DNA from: Candidatus Eiseniibacteriota bacterium
Lineage (GTDB): Bacteria > Eisenbacteria > RBG-16-71-46
Length of the DNA stretch: 64,000 nucleotides
NCBI GenBank assembly: GCA_038231135.1
Contig: JBBRLX010000018.1
Location: forward strand, 8,601-72,600
Reading direction: 5' to 3'
The notes under the pieces are model-generated. The model had not been told where the DNA came from. It made no database searches and worked only from the letters and a program-made list of their open reading frames with translations. The number at the start of each line of letters is the position of its first letter. Position 1 is the first letter of the stretch. Positions 1-9,204 of the stretch are shown piece by piece. A program made the position numbers and the translations under genes.

Positions 1-881
1 ACCAGCGCGACTTCGATCAACGCCGACATGTAGAGCTTGCCGGTGGCCTCGGTGAACTCGTTCGCGATCACGCTCGCCAGCGTGGCGCCCGGCGCCAGCA
101 ACGACGCCGAGATGCGATTGGTATTGCCGATCACCATCGTCACGGCCATCGTCTCGCCGAGCGCCCGGCCGAGCGCCAGGATCACGGCGCCGATGATTCC
201 GGGCCGGGCCCATTCCACGGTGATGCCAATGGTTTCGGCGCGGGTGGCGCCGAGCGCGAGCGCCGCCTCGCGCAGCGTCATCGGCGCGGCGAGCAGCATC
301 TCGCGCGAGATCGACACGATCGTCGGCAGGATCATGATCGCGAGCACGATCGCGGCGTTCAGCATGCCGAGGCCGAACGGGAACCCCTGGAACAGCGGCA
401 GGAATCCGAGATGGGTGATCAGCCAGGGCTCCGCCAGGTTGCGCAGGAACGGCGCGAGGCTGAACACCCCCCACATGCCGTAGACGATGCTGGGAATCGA
501 CGCCAGCAGCTCGGTCACGAACGACACCGCCTCGCCCAGGCCGCGCGGCGCGATCTCGGCCAGGTACACGGCGGCGCCGATGCCGCACGGCAGCGCGAGC
601 AGCAGCGCGAGTGCCGACGACACGAGCGTGCCGAAGATGTAGGGCAGCGCGCCGAAGTGTTCGGTGACCGGGTCCCATTCGGACGAGACGAGGAACCGGA
701 AGCCGAACGCGTGGATCGACGGCAGCGCGCCGCGTGCCGTCTCGTACACGATGAGCGCGACCGCCGCGAACACCAATGCGGCGGCCGCGGCCATCAGGCC
801 GTGCCACAACGGGTCGGAAAGCCACCCGCGCCCGCGCGAACGCGGGCGCCGGGCGGCGATCATGTGGGGCAGCGACGCCAT
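1..881 (-). CDS. pstC: Phosphate ABC transporter permease PstC (3' end runs off the window)
   Basis: Absent from the ORF track because it has no stop inside the window. Hand translation of the minus strand from ATG 881-879 gives MASLPHMIAARRP...GALPYIFGTLVSS...AVYLAEIAP...ILPTIVSISREMLLAAPMTLREAALALGATRAETI...GRALGETMAV with no stop down to base 1. It has the ABC permease EAA-type loop and lies 19 nt downstream of pstS. Confidence 0.85.
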   Translation of the reverse strand, partial: MASLPHMIAARRPRSRGRGWLSDPLWHGLMAAAAALVFAAVALIVYETARGALPSIHAFGFRFLVSSEWDPVTEHFGALPYIFGTLVSSALALLLALPCGIGAAVYLAEIAPRGLGEAVSFVTELLASIPSIVYGMWGVFSLAPFLRNLAEPWLITHLGFLPLFQGFPFGLGMLNAAIVLAIMILPTIVSISREMLLAAPMTLREAALALGATRAETIGITVEWARPGIIGAVILALGRALGETMAVTMVIGNTNRISASLLAPGATLASVIANEFTEATGKLYMSALIEVAL

Positions 882-900
882 CGTCGAAACGACGTCCTGC

Positions 901-1974
901 CTAGCGGCCGGCGGCCATCAGGCGCTTGCCGCCCGACGTCAGCGTCTTGATGGCCGCTTCGTCGACCTTCACGACGGCATCCGGCAGCCGCGCATAGTCG
1001 AGCGCCTCGACCATCGACTGGCCGTCGTGGATCGCCCACGTCATGAAGTCGGCGAGACTCTTCGCCTTGGCGGAGTCCTTCTGGTCCTGGTAGACGATCA
1101 GGAACGTGAGGCCTGCGATCGGGTACGCCGTCGGCGCCGACGCGTTCGCGATCGGCGAACGCACGTCCTTCGCGAGCGCCGGGGCGGACGCTTCCACCGC
1201 CGCCGTCGTGGACGCGAGCGACGGGCTGACGAACTGGCCGGCCTTGTTGCGCACGGCCGCGACCGCCAGCTTGTTCTGCTTCGCGTACGCCAGCTCGACG
1301 TAGCCGATCGCCCCCGGCGTCTGGCTGATGACGCCGGCCACGCCATCGTTGCCCTTGCCGCCGACGCCCGCCGGCCAGCTCACCGACGTCGCGGCCCCGA
1401 CCAGTTCCTTCCACTCGGGATTCACCAGCGACATGTAGGTGGTGAAGATGTTCGTCGTGCCGCTCCCGTCCGAACGGTGCACCGGCAGCACCGGCGCCGC
1501 CGGCAGCTTCACGGCGGGGTTCGCCGCCACGAGCCTGCGGTCGTTCCACATCGTGATGCGGCCCAGGTACATGCCGCTCAGGATTTCGGGCGTGATGCGG
1601 ATCTGGCCCTTGAATCCCGGCAGGTTGTAGGCGATCGCCACCGCGCCCGCCACTGTCGGGATGTGCAGCACCCGGCGCGGCATGGTCTTCAGCGCGTCGT
1701 TCGACAGCGCGGCGTCGCTGGCCCCGAAGTCGACCGTGCCGGCGCGCACCTGCTGAATGCCCGCGCCACTGCCGATCGACTGGTAATTGATCTCGATGCC
1801 GGTGTTCTTGTGATAGACGTCGAACCACTTGGAGTAGATCGGATACGGAAACGTCGCGCCCGCGCCGGTGAGGTTCTGCGCGTGGGCGGAGGCGGCGAAC
1901 GCGATCGCGAGGGTCACGGCCGCCGCCGTCCGGAGAATCCCTGGCGTGTGTGTCCTTACGGAACTACGGATCAT
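901..1974 (-). CDS. pstS: Phosphate-binding protein PstS (periplasmic)
   Basis: ORF 901..2277 trimmed to the internal ATG at 1974. This gives MIRSSVRTHTPGILRTAAAVTLAIAFAASAHA (signal peptide) then QNLTGAGATFPYPIYSKWF...YQSIGSGAGI...VDFGASDAALS, the classic PstS signature. Located upstream of pstC. Confidence 0.92.
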   Translation of the reverse strand: MIRSSVRTHTPGILRTAAAVTLAIAFAASAHAQNLTGAGATFPYPIYSKWFDVYHKNTGIEINYQSIGSGAGIQQVRAGTVDFGASDAALSNDALKTMPRRVLHIPTVAGAVAIAYNLPGFKGQIRITPEILSGMYLGRITMWNDRRLVAANPAVKLPAAPVLPVHRSDGSGTTNIFTTYMSLVNPEWKELVGAATSVSWPAGVGGKGNDGVAGVISQTPGAIGYVELAYAKQNKLAVAAVRNKAGQFVSPSLASTTAAVEASAPALAKDVRSPIANASAPTAYPIAGLTFLIVYQDQKDSAKAKSLADFMTWAIHDGQSMVEALDYARLPDAVVKVDEAAIKTLTSGGKRLMAAGR

Positions 1975-2027
1975 ATGTGCGCTCCTATGGATGTGAACGA
2001 GGGGGGAGGAACCGAGCGGGCCGTAGC

Positions 2028-3197
2028 TCATGACGGCTTCGCGAACTTGTAGTAGATCGTCAGGCGCGCCTGCAGATCGTGGAAGGCGGGGGCGACGGCC
2101 GTGCCCTTCGCCGTGTACTGGGTCGCTTCGACGTTCGGCATGAAGTGCACGTCTTTGAACGGCTGCCAGTCGAGGCCCGCGATCCACAGCTGCGTGTCGA
2201 CGCGGTTGGCGATCCGATGGTCGGGCTGCCACAGGTCGAAGCGGGCGAACGCCGCCACGGTCGGGGTCTGGGTCCAACGGCCGAACGCCGAGAATCCACG
2301 CGGCTCCTGGTTCGGTGCCGACGTCCGGTGATTCACCCGCGACAGCGCGGAGCCGCCCAGAACCAGCTTGCGAAACTCATAGTCGGCGAACAGCTTGTAC
2401 GTCGCCCGATCCTGATGGTTGGCGACATTCTCGTAATCGACGAACGGTTCCATGCGCAGATCGCCGACGTGGATCGGCAGCGCGAGGTAGCCCTTCTTGT
2501 CGCGGTTGTCCTCGGGCTTCTGGCCGAGCCCGTTGCCGACCATCGCCGAATATCCGATCCGGTGGCCGGTGTCGACGAAGCCCTTCACCTCGGCGCCGAT
2601 GTCGGTCGAGCTGCCGATGCCCCGGAAGTCGGCCAGCGTCTTCTCGATCGAGCGGTAGCCCCACGCCTCCTCCTCCGTCTCGTAGATCGGAGTGGGCAGG
2701 ATGCCGAAGAACAGGTCGCCGCGCGGGTAGACGTTGCGCGCCTGGAGGTACAGCGCCTTCACGGCCAGACCGATCTTGCCGTCCGACGTCAGCGACTTGC
2801 TGTCGGCTTCCAGCCGGAACCGCGTCGAGTACTTGATCGACAGATCGTTGTCGAGCTGGAAGTACACCCGCCGGATCTGGAATCCGTTGAGGTCGCGCGT
2901 GATCGGCTTCCCGGTGCCGTCGATGTTGGCCTTGCCGGAATCGGAGCCCGCCGCGTTGTAGGCGTGACGCGGATCACCGACCGCGTTGTAGTAGTAGTCG
3001 CCGAACACGTAGCCGCTGATCTTGCCGCGCGGAAAATCGGGTGCGGTCGGCGTGACCGCCGCGACGGGAACGCTGGGCGCCGCCTGCATCGCCGTGGTCT
3101 GGGCCGAATCCGGGGACTGGGGCGTGGCCGACGTTTGCGCCATGACGGGTGCGGCCACTACCAGGGTAGCGAGAGCGAGCCAGAGGCGAGGGTACAT
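2028..3197 (-). CDS. Outer-membrane porin, phosphate-selective (OprO/P-like) by context
   Basis: 389 aa with signal peptide MYPRLWLALATLVVAAPVMAQ and alternating beta-strand-like sequence rich in Y/F/G/D. SD AAAGGAGA precedes the ATG. It lies 53 nt upstream of pstS on the same strand. The family assignment rests on context only. Confidence 0.6.
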   Translation of the reverse strand: MYPRLWLALATLVVAAPVMAQTSATPQSPDSAQTTAMQAAPSVPVAAVTPTAPDFPRGKISGYVFGDYYYNAVGDPRHAYNAAGSDSGKANIDGTGKPITRDLNGFQIRRVYFQLDNDLSIKYSTRFRLEADSKSLTSDGKIGLAVKALYLQARNVYPRGDLFFGILPTPIYETEEEAWGYRSIEKTLADFRGIGSSTDIGAEVKGFVDTGHRIGYSAMVGNGLGQKPEDNRDKKGYLALPIHVGDLRMEPFVDYENVANHQDRATYKLFADYEFRKLVLGGSALSRVNHRTSAPNQEPRGFSAFGRWTQTPTVAAFARFDLWQPDHRIANRVDTQLWIAGLDWQPFKDVHFMPNVEATQYTAKGTAVAPAFHDLQARLTIYYKFAKPS

Positions 3198-3276
3198 GGG
3201 TCTCCTTTCCGATCGAGATTTGCGGCTCGGGAGAAGCCCCGATCGCCGACGAGAAGAAGGCTAGAGCTTCATGATT

Positions 3277-3303
3277 ACCGTCATCGGTCGGGCATATGAC
3301 GGT
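3277..3303. promoter_or_regulatory. Inverted repeat ACCGTCAT-N11-ATGACGGT in the porin/pst leader (candidate operator)
   Basis: Perfect 8-bp arms at 3277-3284 and 3296-3303, or 10 bp with one mismatch. They lie in the AT-richer 185-nt region upstream of the porin start codon (3197). Confidence 0.25.
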
Positions 3304-3382
3304 GATGTTAACAACGCAGGCCGTGGGTACAAACGATTGCCCGCCATCGTGTTCCGCGTGCAAACTGCACGAAACCCCTGAC

Positions 3383-5212
3383 TCAGCTGGCCCGCACGAC
3401 CGGGACGCGCGGGAATTCGAAGCGGAACGTCGATCCCGGGCCTGCGTTGACGCGGACCGTCACGTCTCCCCGATGCAGCGCGAGGATGTGCTTCACGATC
3501 GACAGCCCGAGCCCGGTGCCGCCCTGTTCCCGGGACCGGCCCTTGTCCACCCGGTAGAAACGTTCGAAGATCCGGGCGCGATCCCCGGGCGGGATGCCGT
3601 GGCCGGTGTCGGACACCTCGCACCACACCCGTGACTCGTCGCCGCCCAGCCGCACCCGCACCTCGCCGCGCTCGGTGTATTTGACCGCGTTGTCGAGCAA
3701 ATTCGCCAGCACCTGGTCGATGCGCGGCCGGTCGGCGCGCACGATCTCGGCGGGGCCTGGCTCGATCTCCAGCGCGAGCCCGGTCCGGCGCGCCGCCGGG
3801 CGGAACGCGCCCATCTGCCGTTCCACCGCCTCTCGCAGGTCGAACGTCTCCCAGTTGAGCCGGGCCTCGGGACGCTCGAGCTCGGCGAGCGACAATAGAT
3901 CCGACACCAGCGCCTGCAGCCGCAGCGTCTGGTCGCGGATCACGCGCACGAAGCCCTCGCGATGGGCCGCGTCGTCGAGGCCGCCCTCGAGCAGTGTCTC
4001 GGCGTAGCCGCGCAGCGACGTGAGCGGGGTGCGCAGCTCGTGCGACACGTTCGCGACGAAGTCCTGCCGGACGCGGTTCAGCGTCTCCGCCTCCGTCAGA
4101 TCGTGGAGCACCAGTAGCACGCCGGCGCTCGAGGCCCGCAACGGGCTCGCCGTCGCGCGCACCAGCCGCAGCTGCGGCGACCACAGCCGGAGGTCCGTCT
4201 CGACCGGGCTCGTGCCCAGCCGCGCGCGCTTGAGCAGGTCGTCCAGCTCGGGCGAGCGCACGAATTCCGGGAACGGCGTGCCCGGATCCGCGGGGCGCGT
4301 GGCGCCGAGGATCGCGGCGAGCCGGTGGTTCATGTGGAGCACCAGGCCATCGCGATCGAGCAGCGCGACGCCGTCGCTCATGTGCGCCAGGATCAGATCG
4401 CGCTCGTCGCGCTCCTGCTCGATCGCGTGCAGTCGGCTCTTGAGCTCGCCCGCCATGGAGTTGATCGCCCGCCCGAGCCGGCCGAGCGAATCCTCCGGCA
4501 GCTCGCTCGCGCGGGGCGCCGGCGAGTCGGCCCCGAGTCGCGCGGCGGCCTCCTCGAGATCGCGGATCCTGCCGGCGTGCCGGCCGGTGAACCAGAACAG
4601 CAGCAGGGCCATGCCGGCGAGCGTGAGCGCCATGGCGGCGAACGACAGTCGCAGCAGCGAGGTGTTCACCCGCGAGATGTTCGCGAGCGGTTCGGCCACC
4701 CGTACGACCGCGGGGTTGCCGGCGCCCATGCGCCCGGCCGGGACCGCGACGTACAGCAGATCGACACCGATGCTCGCGCTGTGCCGCACGGCCCACCCCG
4801 GATTGCCGGCGAGTGCCCGGCGCACCTCCGGGCGGGTGGCGTGGTTCTCGAGCGTGGGCAGCTCCTCGCGCGGCACCTCGGAATCGCCGATCACGCGCCC
4901 CGTCGAATCGATGAGCGTGATGCGCGCGCCGAGGCCGCGGGCCTTGCGTCCCGCCCAGTCCGGCCAGTCGGGCGCGGCGCCGGGCGCCGCCGGGCCGGCA
5001 GAAGGGAGATCGAACACCAGATGATGCGCCGTGCGCTCGAGCGCCTCGCGGTCGCGCGACAGGATCCAGTCGCGCTGGCCGCGGGTCTCGATCGCCGTCA
5101 CCGTGGCCAGCGCGAGCGCGAGCAGCAGCGCGTGTCCGAGGAACAGCCGGTTGCGCAACGAGGCGCCCGGGTGCGACAACCTCACCGCCCGGACCTCCAC
5201 GCGGCCGGTCAC
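3383..5212 (-). CDS. phoR: PhoR-type sensor histidine kinase (TM, PAS, HisKA, HATPase)
   Basis: 609 aa with a GTG start. N-terminal TM LFLGHALLLALALATVTAI and a second TM before a HAMP-like segment. H-box RQDFVANVSHELRTPLTSLRGYAETL. N/G boxes LANLLDNAVKYT, DTGHGIP, GGTGLGLSIVKHI. It sits between the pst and pit units. The exact start is uncertain. Confidence 0.7.
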   Translation of the reverse strand: MTGRVEVRAVRLSHPGASLRNRLFLGHALLLALALATVTAIETRGQRDWILSRDREALERTAHHLVFDLPSAGPAAPGAAPDWPDWAGRKARGLGARITLIDSTGRVIGDSEVPREELPTLENHATRPEVRRALAGNPGWAVRHSASIGVDLLYVAVPAGRMGAGNPAVVRVAEPLANISRVNTSLLRLSFAAMALTLAGMALLLFWFTGRHAGRIRDLEEAAARLGADSPAPRASELPEDSLGRLGRAINSMAGELKSRLHAIEQERDERDLILAHMSDGVALLDRDGLVLHMNHRLAAILGATRPADPGTPFPEFVRSPELDDLLKRARLGTSPVETDLRLWSPQLRLVRATASPLRASSAGVLLVLHDLTEAETLNRVRQDFVANVSHELRTPLTSLRGYAETLLEGGLDDAAHREGFVRVIRDQTLRLQALVSDLLSLAELERPEARLNWETFDLREAVERQMGAFRPAARRTGLALEIEPGPAEIVRADRPRIDQVLANLLDNAVKYTERGEVRVRLGGDESRVWCEVSDTGHGIPPGDRARIFERFYRVDKGRSREQGGTGLGLSIVKHILALHRGDVTVRVNAGPGSTFRFEFPRVPVVRAS

Positions 5213-5279
5213 CGCCAGTGCCCGCCGGATCCGCGGGGTTCCCGCGAGCGCGCGGCGGTCCGGACCGGCGGGCCCAGGG

Positions 5280-6290
5280 TCACCGGGGCCAGCCGATCGC
5301 GCGCAGTGCCAGTGCGCTCGCGGCGGCGATCAGCGCGGCCATCGGCATGGTGAGGATCCAGGCCCAGACGATGCGTCCGGCCACGCCCCACTTCACCGCC
5401 GACAGCTTGCCCGTCGAGGTCACCCCGACGCCCACGATGGCGCCGGTGATCGTGTGCGTGGTCGAGACCGGGATGCCGGCGGCGGTGGCGCCGAACAGCG
5501 TGATCGCGCCCGCGGTCTCGGCGCAGAACCCGCCCACCGGCCGTAGTTTCGTGATGTTCATGCCCATGGTCTTGACGATGCGCCAGCCCCCGAACATCGT
5601 GCCGAGCGCGATCGCGCCGTGGCTCGACAGCACGACCCACAGCGGCACGTGGAACTCGCCGGTGAGGAGGTGCTGCGAGTACAGCAGCGCCACGATGATG
5701 CCCATGGTCTTCTGCGCGTCGTTGCCGCCGTGCCCCAGGCTGTAGGCCGCGGCCGACAGCAGTTGCAGTTTGCGGAACGTCCCCTCGACGCGGCTCGGTG
5801 TCGCCCGCCGGAACAGCCACATCACGAGCCACATGATCAGGAACCCACCGACCATGCCGATCACCGGCGCCAGCACGATGAATTCGGCGATCTTGAGGAC
5901 GCCGCTGCCGATCACGGCGCGGGGGCCCGCGAGCGCGATGCCGGCGCCGGCGAGGCCGCCGATCAGCGCGTGCGACGACGACGTCGGCAGCCCGATCCAC
6001 CACGTGATCAGGTTCCACAGCAGGGCGCCCAGCACCGCGGCGAGGATCAAAGGCGGCGTCACGAACGCCGGGTCGACGATGCCCTTGCCGACGGTCTTCG
6101 CGACGTGGACTCCGAACACCAGGAACGCGATGAAATTGAACACCGAGGCCCACACCACCGCCACGCGCGGCGACAGCACGCGCGTGCTGACGACCGTGGC
6201 GATCGAATTCGCGGCGTCGTGGAACCCGTTGCTGAAGTCGAACAGCAGCGCCACGCCGATGATTACGATGATTTCGAGCGGCAGCGGCAT
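5280..6290 (-). CDS. pit: Inorganic phosphate transporter, PiT family
   Basis: 336 aa, polytopic. The N-terminus LLFDFSNGFHDAANSIATVVSTRVL and the later GHGGNDAQKTMGII are the duplicated PiT signature motifs. Confidence 0.9.
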   Translation of the reverse strand: MPLPLEIIVIIGVALLFDFSNGFHDAANSIATVVSTRVLSPRVAVVWASVFNFIAFLVFGVHVAKTVGKGIVDPAFVTPPLILAAVLGALLWNLITWWIGLPTSSSHALIGGLAGAGIALAGPRAVIGSGVLKIAEFIVLAPVIGMVGGFLIMWLVMWLFRRATPSRVEGTFRKLQLLSAAAYSLGHGGNDAQKTMGIIVALLYSQHLLTGEFHVPLWVVLSSHGAIALGTMFGGWRIVKTMGMNITKLRPVGGFCAETAGAITLFGATAAGIPVSTTHTITGAIVGVGVTSTGKLSAVKWGVAGRIVWAWILTMPMAALIAAASALALRAIGWPR

Positions 6291-6291
6291 G

Positions 6292-6906
6292 TCAGCTGCT
6301 CTTGATCACGATCGTCTCGATCGCGTTCGCCACGTCCTCGCAGCGGTCGGCGGCGTTCTCGAGCCGGCCGTAGAGCTCCTTCCAGCGCATGACGTCGAGC
6401 AGGTCGTGCCCGCCGCTGAACAGGTCCGCGACCACGACGCGCGAGATGGCGTCGGCCTCGTTCTCGAGCCGGTGGATCTCGATCGTGAACTCCATGAGCT
6501 GCTTGAATTCCTTGAGGTGCTCGATCGCCTTCTCGATCTGCACCGAGCTCTCGACCAGGATCACCGTCATGCGCCGGGCCTCGGGCGTGGGCTGCTTCAC
6601 CTTGAACAGCACGATCCGGCTGCCGATCGCCTCGACCGCGTCCAGCACGTCGTCGAGGCCGCTCGCCAGGTCGTGGATGTCCTCGCGCTCGAGCGGGGTG
6701 ATGAACGTGCGGTTCAGCCGTTCGAACACCTCGTGGGCGACCTGGTCACCCTGGTGCTCGACGTCCTTGAGGCGCCGCGCGCGGTCGTCGAGTTGGTCGA
6801 AGTGCTCCATCATCTGCTGCAGTTGTTCGCAGCCCTGCCGCACCAGCGCGGCCTGGCGCCGGAACAGCAGGAAAAAATTCTCTTCCTTCGGGAACAGCGA
6901 GAACAT
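6292..6906 (-). CDS. DUF47 / PhoU-like Pit accessory protein
   Basis: 204 aa, helical. It has ...EHQGDQVAHEVFERLNRTFITPLEREDI...ENEADAISR..., typical of the DUF47 (TIGR00153-like) proteins that precede PiT genes. Its stop is 1 nt from the pit start. Confidence 0.8.
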   Translation of the reverse strand: MFSLFPKEENFFLLFRRQAALVRQGCEQLQQMMEHFDQLDDRARRLKDVEHQGDQVAHEVFERLNRTFITPLEREDIHDLASGLDDVLDAVEAIGSRIVLFKVKQPTPEARRMTVILVESSVQIEKAIEHLKEFKQLMEFTIEIHRLENEADAISRVVVADLFSGGHDLLDVMRWKELYGRLENAADRCEDVANAIETIVIKSS

Positions 6907-6989
6907 CGCAGGGCCTCGTTCGGGTGAAGGACGGAAGTACTCGCGAATGTCCGCGGCCGCGGGCGCCGCGCCGGCACCATAGCACGGGC

Positions 6990-7334
6990 CTAATCATCCT
7001 CGGCCGCGCGGCGGCTGCGCTTGAGCGCGGACGCCTGGCGTTTGGCGTCGAGCCGCCGCTCGACGGCGGCGCGCCCCGGACGCGTCGCCACCCGCGGCCT
7101 GGGCTTGCGGGCGCGGCGGCGCAATTCCTCCCACACCCGCGTCAGCGCCGCGTCGCGATTACGGCGTTGCGACCTGCTCTCGGTGGCAACGCGCGTGATG
7201 CCGGTCGGCCGATGCCGCACGCGCACGCTCGACTCGGTCTTGTTCTTCTTCTGGCCGCCCGGCCCCGAGGACTTGTAGGGCTGGACATCGCAGTCGCGGG
7301 CCAGGCGCGCGAGCTGCTCGTCAGTCGGAGTCAT
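6990..7334 (-). CDS. arfB: ArfB-like peptidyl-tRNA hydrolase (RF-1 domain, GGQ motif)
   Basis: ORF 6990..7424 trimmed to ATG 7334 (MTPTDEQLARL...). It contains SSGPGGQKKNKTESSVRVRH followed by a long basic tail. SD GGAG lies 9-12 nt upstream. The gene starts 5 nt after the ABC-2 permease stop. Confidence 0.65.
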   Translation of the reverse strand: MTPTDEQLARLARDCDVQPYKSSGPGGQKKNKTESSVRVRHRPTGITRVATESRSQRRNRDAALTRVWEELRRRARKPRPRVATRPGRAAVERRLDAKRQASALKRSRRAAEDD

Positions 7335-7339
7335 CGCCG

Positions 7340-8464
7340 TCACTCCAGCTGTTTGTGGAATCGCAGGGTGCTGAACGAGAAGAACAGCACGGCGAACCCG
7401 GCGAGGGCGAGCGCCTGCGGCCACAGCGCGGCGAGCCCCACGCCCTTGAGCACGATGCTGCGCATGATCTCGAGGTAGTACGTCAGCGGCAGCAGCAGTC
7501 CGAGCTGCCGGACGAACGCCGGCATGCCTTCGCGCGGGAACATGAAGCCCGACAGCAGCACGTTGGGCAGCAGGACCATGAACGAGGTCTGCATCGCCTG
7601 CGCCTGCGTGCGGGCCAGCGTCGAGATGAACAGGCCCATGCCGAGGCTCGCCACGACGAACAGGAACGACAGCGCGTAGATCAGCGGCACGCTGCCGCGG
7701 ATCGGCACGTGGAACAGGAAGTGCCCCACCACGAGCACCGTGGTGATCTGCGCGAACCCCACGATCACGTACGGGGCGATCTTGCCGAGCATGATCTCGC
7801 CGGGCTTGAGCGGCGTGACGATGAGCTGCTCGAGCGTGCCGTGCTCGCGCTCGCGCACCACCGCCATGGCGGTCACCACGATCAAAATGTTCGACAGGAT
7901 CATGCCGATGATGCCCGGCACGATGAACAGCGGGCTCGACAGCGCCGGGTTGTACAGCGGCCGCACGCGCACGTCGACCGGCAGGCTGCCGACCCCCGCC
8001 GCCGGGGAGCGTTGCGCGAGAATGTCGAGGCTGCCGCGCTGGCCGACGAGCTGCGCGGCCCCGATAGCGCTCTCCGACGCGGTCGGCGACGTGGCGTCGA
8101 CGAGCACCTGGACGCTCGCCGAGCGGCCGCGCTTCAGGCGGCGCGCGTAGTCCTCGGGAATCACGATCGCCGCGTGCACGCGGCCGTAGTCGACGCGGCG
8201 CACGGCGTCCGCGTACGACGTCGCGGGGGCGCGCAGCGAGAAGTTGCCCGTGGCCTCGAACCGCTGGATCAACGCGCGGCTCTCCTGCGTGCGACTCGCG
8301 TCGTAGACGGTGGTCGGCAGCAGCTTCACGTCCAGGCGGATGCCGTAGCCGAACAGCAGCAACTGCATCACCGGAATGGCCAGCAGCAGCACCAGCGTCG
8401 CCCGGTCGCGCCGCATCTGGATGAACTCCTTGAGGAAGATCGCACGCAGGCGCGACAGGTTCAT
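7340..8464 (-). CDS. ABC-2 type exporter permease
   Basis: 374 aa. MNLSRLRAIFLKEFIQMRRDRATLVLLLAIPVMQLLLFGYG, a large extracytoplasmic loop, then five C-terminal TMs (YbhR/YhhJ-like layout). ATGA overlap with the upstream ATPase gene. Confidence 0.8.
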   Translation of the reverse strand: MNLSRLRAIFLKEFIQMRRDRATLVLLLAIPVMQLLLFGYGIRLDVKLLPTTVYDASRTQESRALIQRFEATGNFSLRAPATSYADAVRRVDYGRVHAAIVIPEDYARRLKRGRSASVQVLVDATSPTASESAIGAAQLVGQRGSLDILAQRSPAAGVGSLPVDVRVRPLYNPALSSPLFIVPGIIGMILSNILIVVTAMAVVREREHGTLEQLIVTPLKPGEIMLGKIAPYVIVGFAQITTVLVVGHFLFHVPIRGSVPLIYALSFLFVVASLGMGLFISTLARTQAQAMQTSFMVLLPNVLLSGFMFPREGMPAFVRQLGLLLPLTYYLEIMRSIVLKGVGLAALWPQALALAGFAVLFFSFSTLRFHKQLE

Positions 8465-9204
8465 TCCGCGGTCTCGTTCTGCAGCGTGACGAAGATGTCC
8501 TCGAGCGTCTGGTGGCCGCCGAACTTCGCGCGGACCTCGTCGGGGGTGCCCAGGGCCGTGAGCTTGCCGAGCGACAGGAACGCCAGCCGGCCGAACCGCT
8601 CGGCTTCGTCCATGTAGTGCGTGGTGCAGACGATCGTGGTGCCGTCGGCGGCGAAGCCCCGGATGATCTCCCAGAACAACCGCCGCGCGCCCGGGTCCAC
8701 GCCGGCCGTGGGCTCGTCGAGGAACAGCACCGGCGGCTGGTGCAGCATGGCGCAGGCGAGCGCGAGCCGCTGCTTCTGCCCGCCCGACATCACGCCGGTG
8801 AGCCGGTCGCCGAGCGCGTTGAGGTGCATGCGCTGCCGCGCCCAGGCGATGCGCTCGGGCAGCACGCGACCGAGTCCGTAGACGCCGCCGTAGAACCGGA
8901 GATTCTCATCCACCGTGAGGTCGCCGTAGAGGCCGAACGCCTGCGACATGTACCCGATGCGGTCCTTCACGTGATCCGGATGCTGCACCACGTCCTCGCC
9001 CGCCACGCGCGCGGTGCCCGAGGTGGGCGTCAGGAGCCCGCACAGGATCCGGATCAGCGTGGTCTTGCCGGAACCGTTGGGGCCGAGGACGCCGAAGATC
9101 TCGCCGCCCCGGATGTCGAACGACACGTGATCGACCGCCACGACCGCGCCGAACCGCCGCGTCAGCTCACGGACCTCGATCGCGTTCGCGTCGCCGCCGG
9201 TCAT
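8461..9204 (-). CDS. ABC transporter ATP-binding protein
   Basis: ORF 8461..10242 trimmed to ATG 9204 (MTGGDANAIEVRELTRRFG...). Walker A GPNGSGKTT, signature MSGGQKQRLALA, Walker B VLFLDEPTAGVD. ATGA overlap with the HlyD gene stop. Confidence 0.9.
   Translation of the reverse strand: MTGGDANAIEVRELTRRFGAVVAVDHVSFDIRGGEIFGVLGPNGSGKTTLIRILCGLLTPTSGTARVAGEDVVQHPDHVKDRIGYMSQAFGLYGDLTVDENLRFYGGVYGLGRVLPERIAWARQRMHLNALGDRLTGVMSGGQKQRLALACAMLHQPPVLFLDEPTAGVDPGARRLFWEIIRGFAADGTTIVCTTHYMDEAERFGRLAFLSLGKLTALGTPDEVRAKFGGHQTLEDIFVTLQNETAE

Noticed and set aside
3261-5353. ORFs 3261..4796 (-), 4020..5024 (+) and 4325..5353 (+)
   Set aside because: These are alternative or antisense frames of the PhoR-type kinase gene. 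Only the 3383..5212 frame shows H, N and G boxes.
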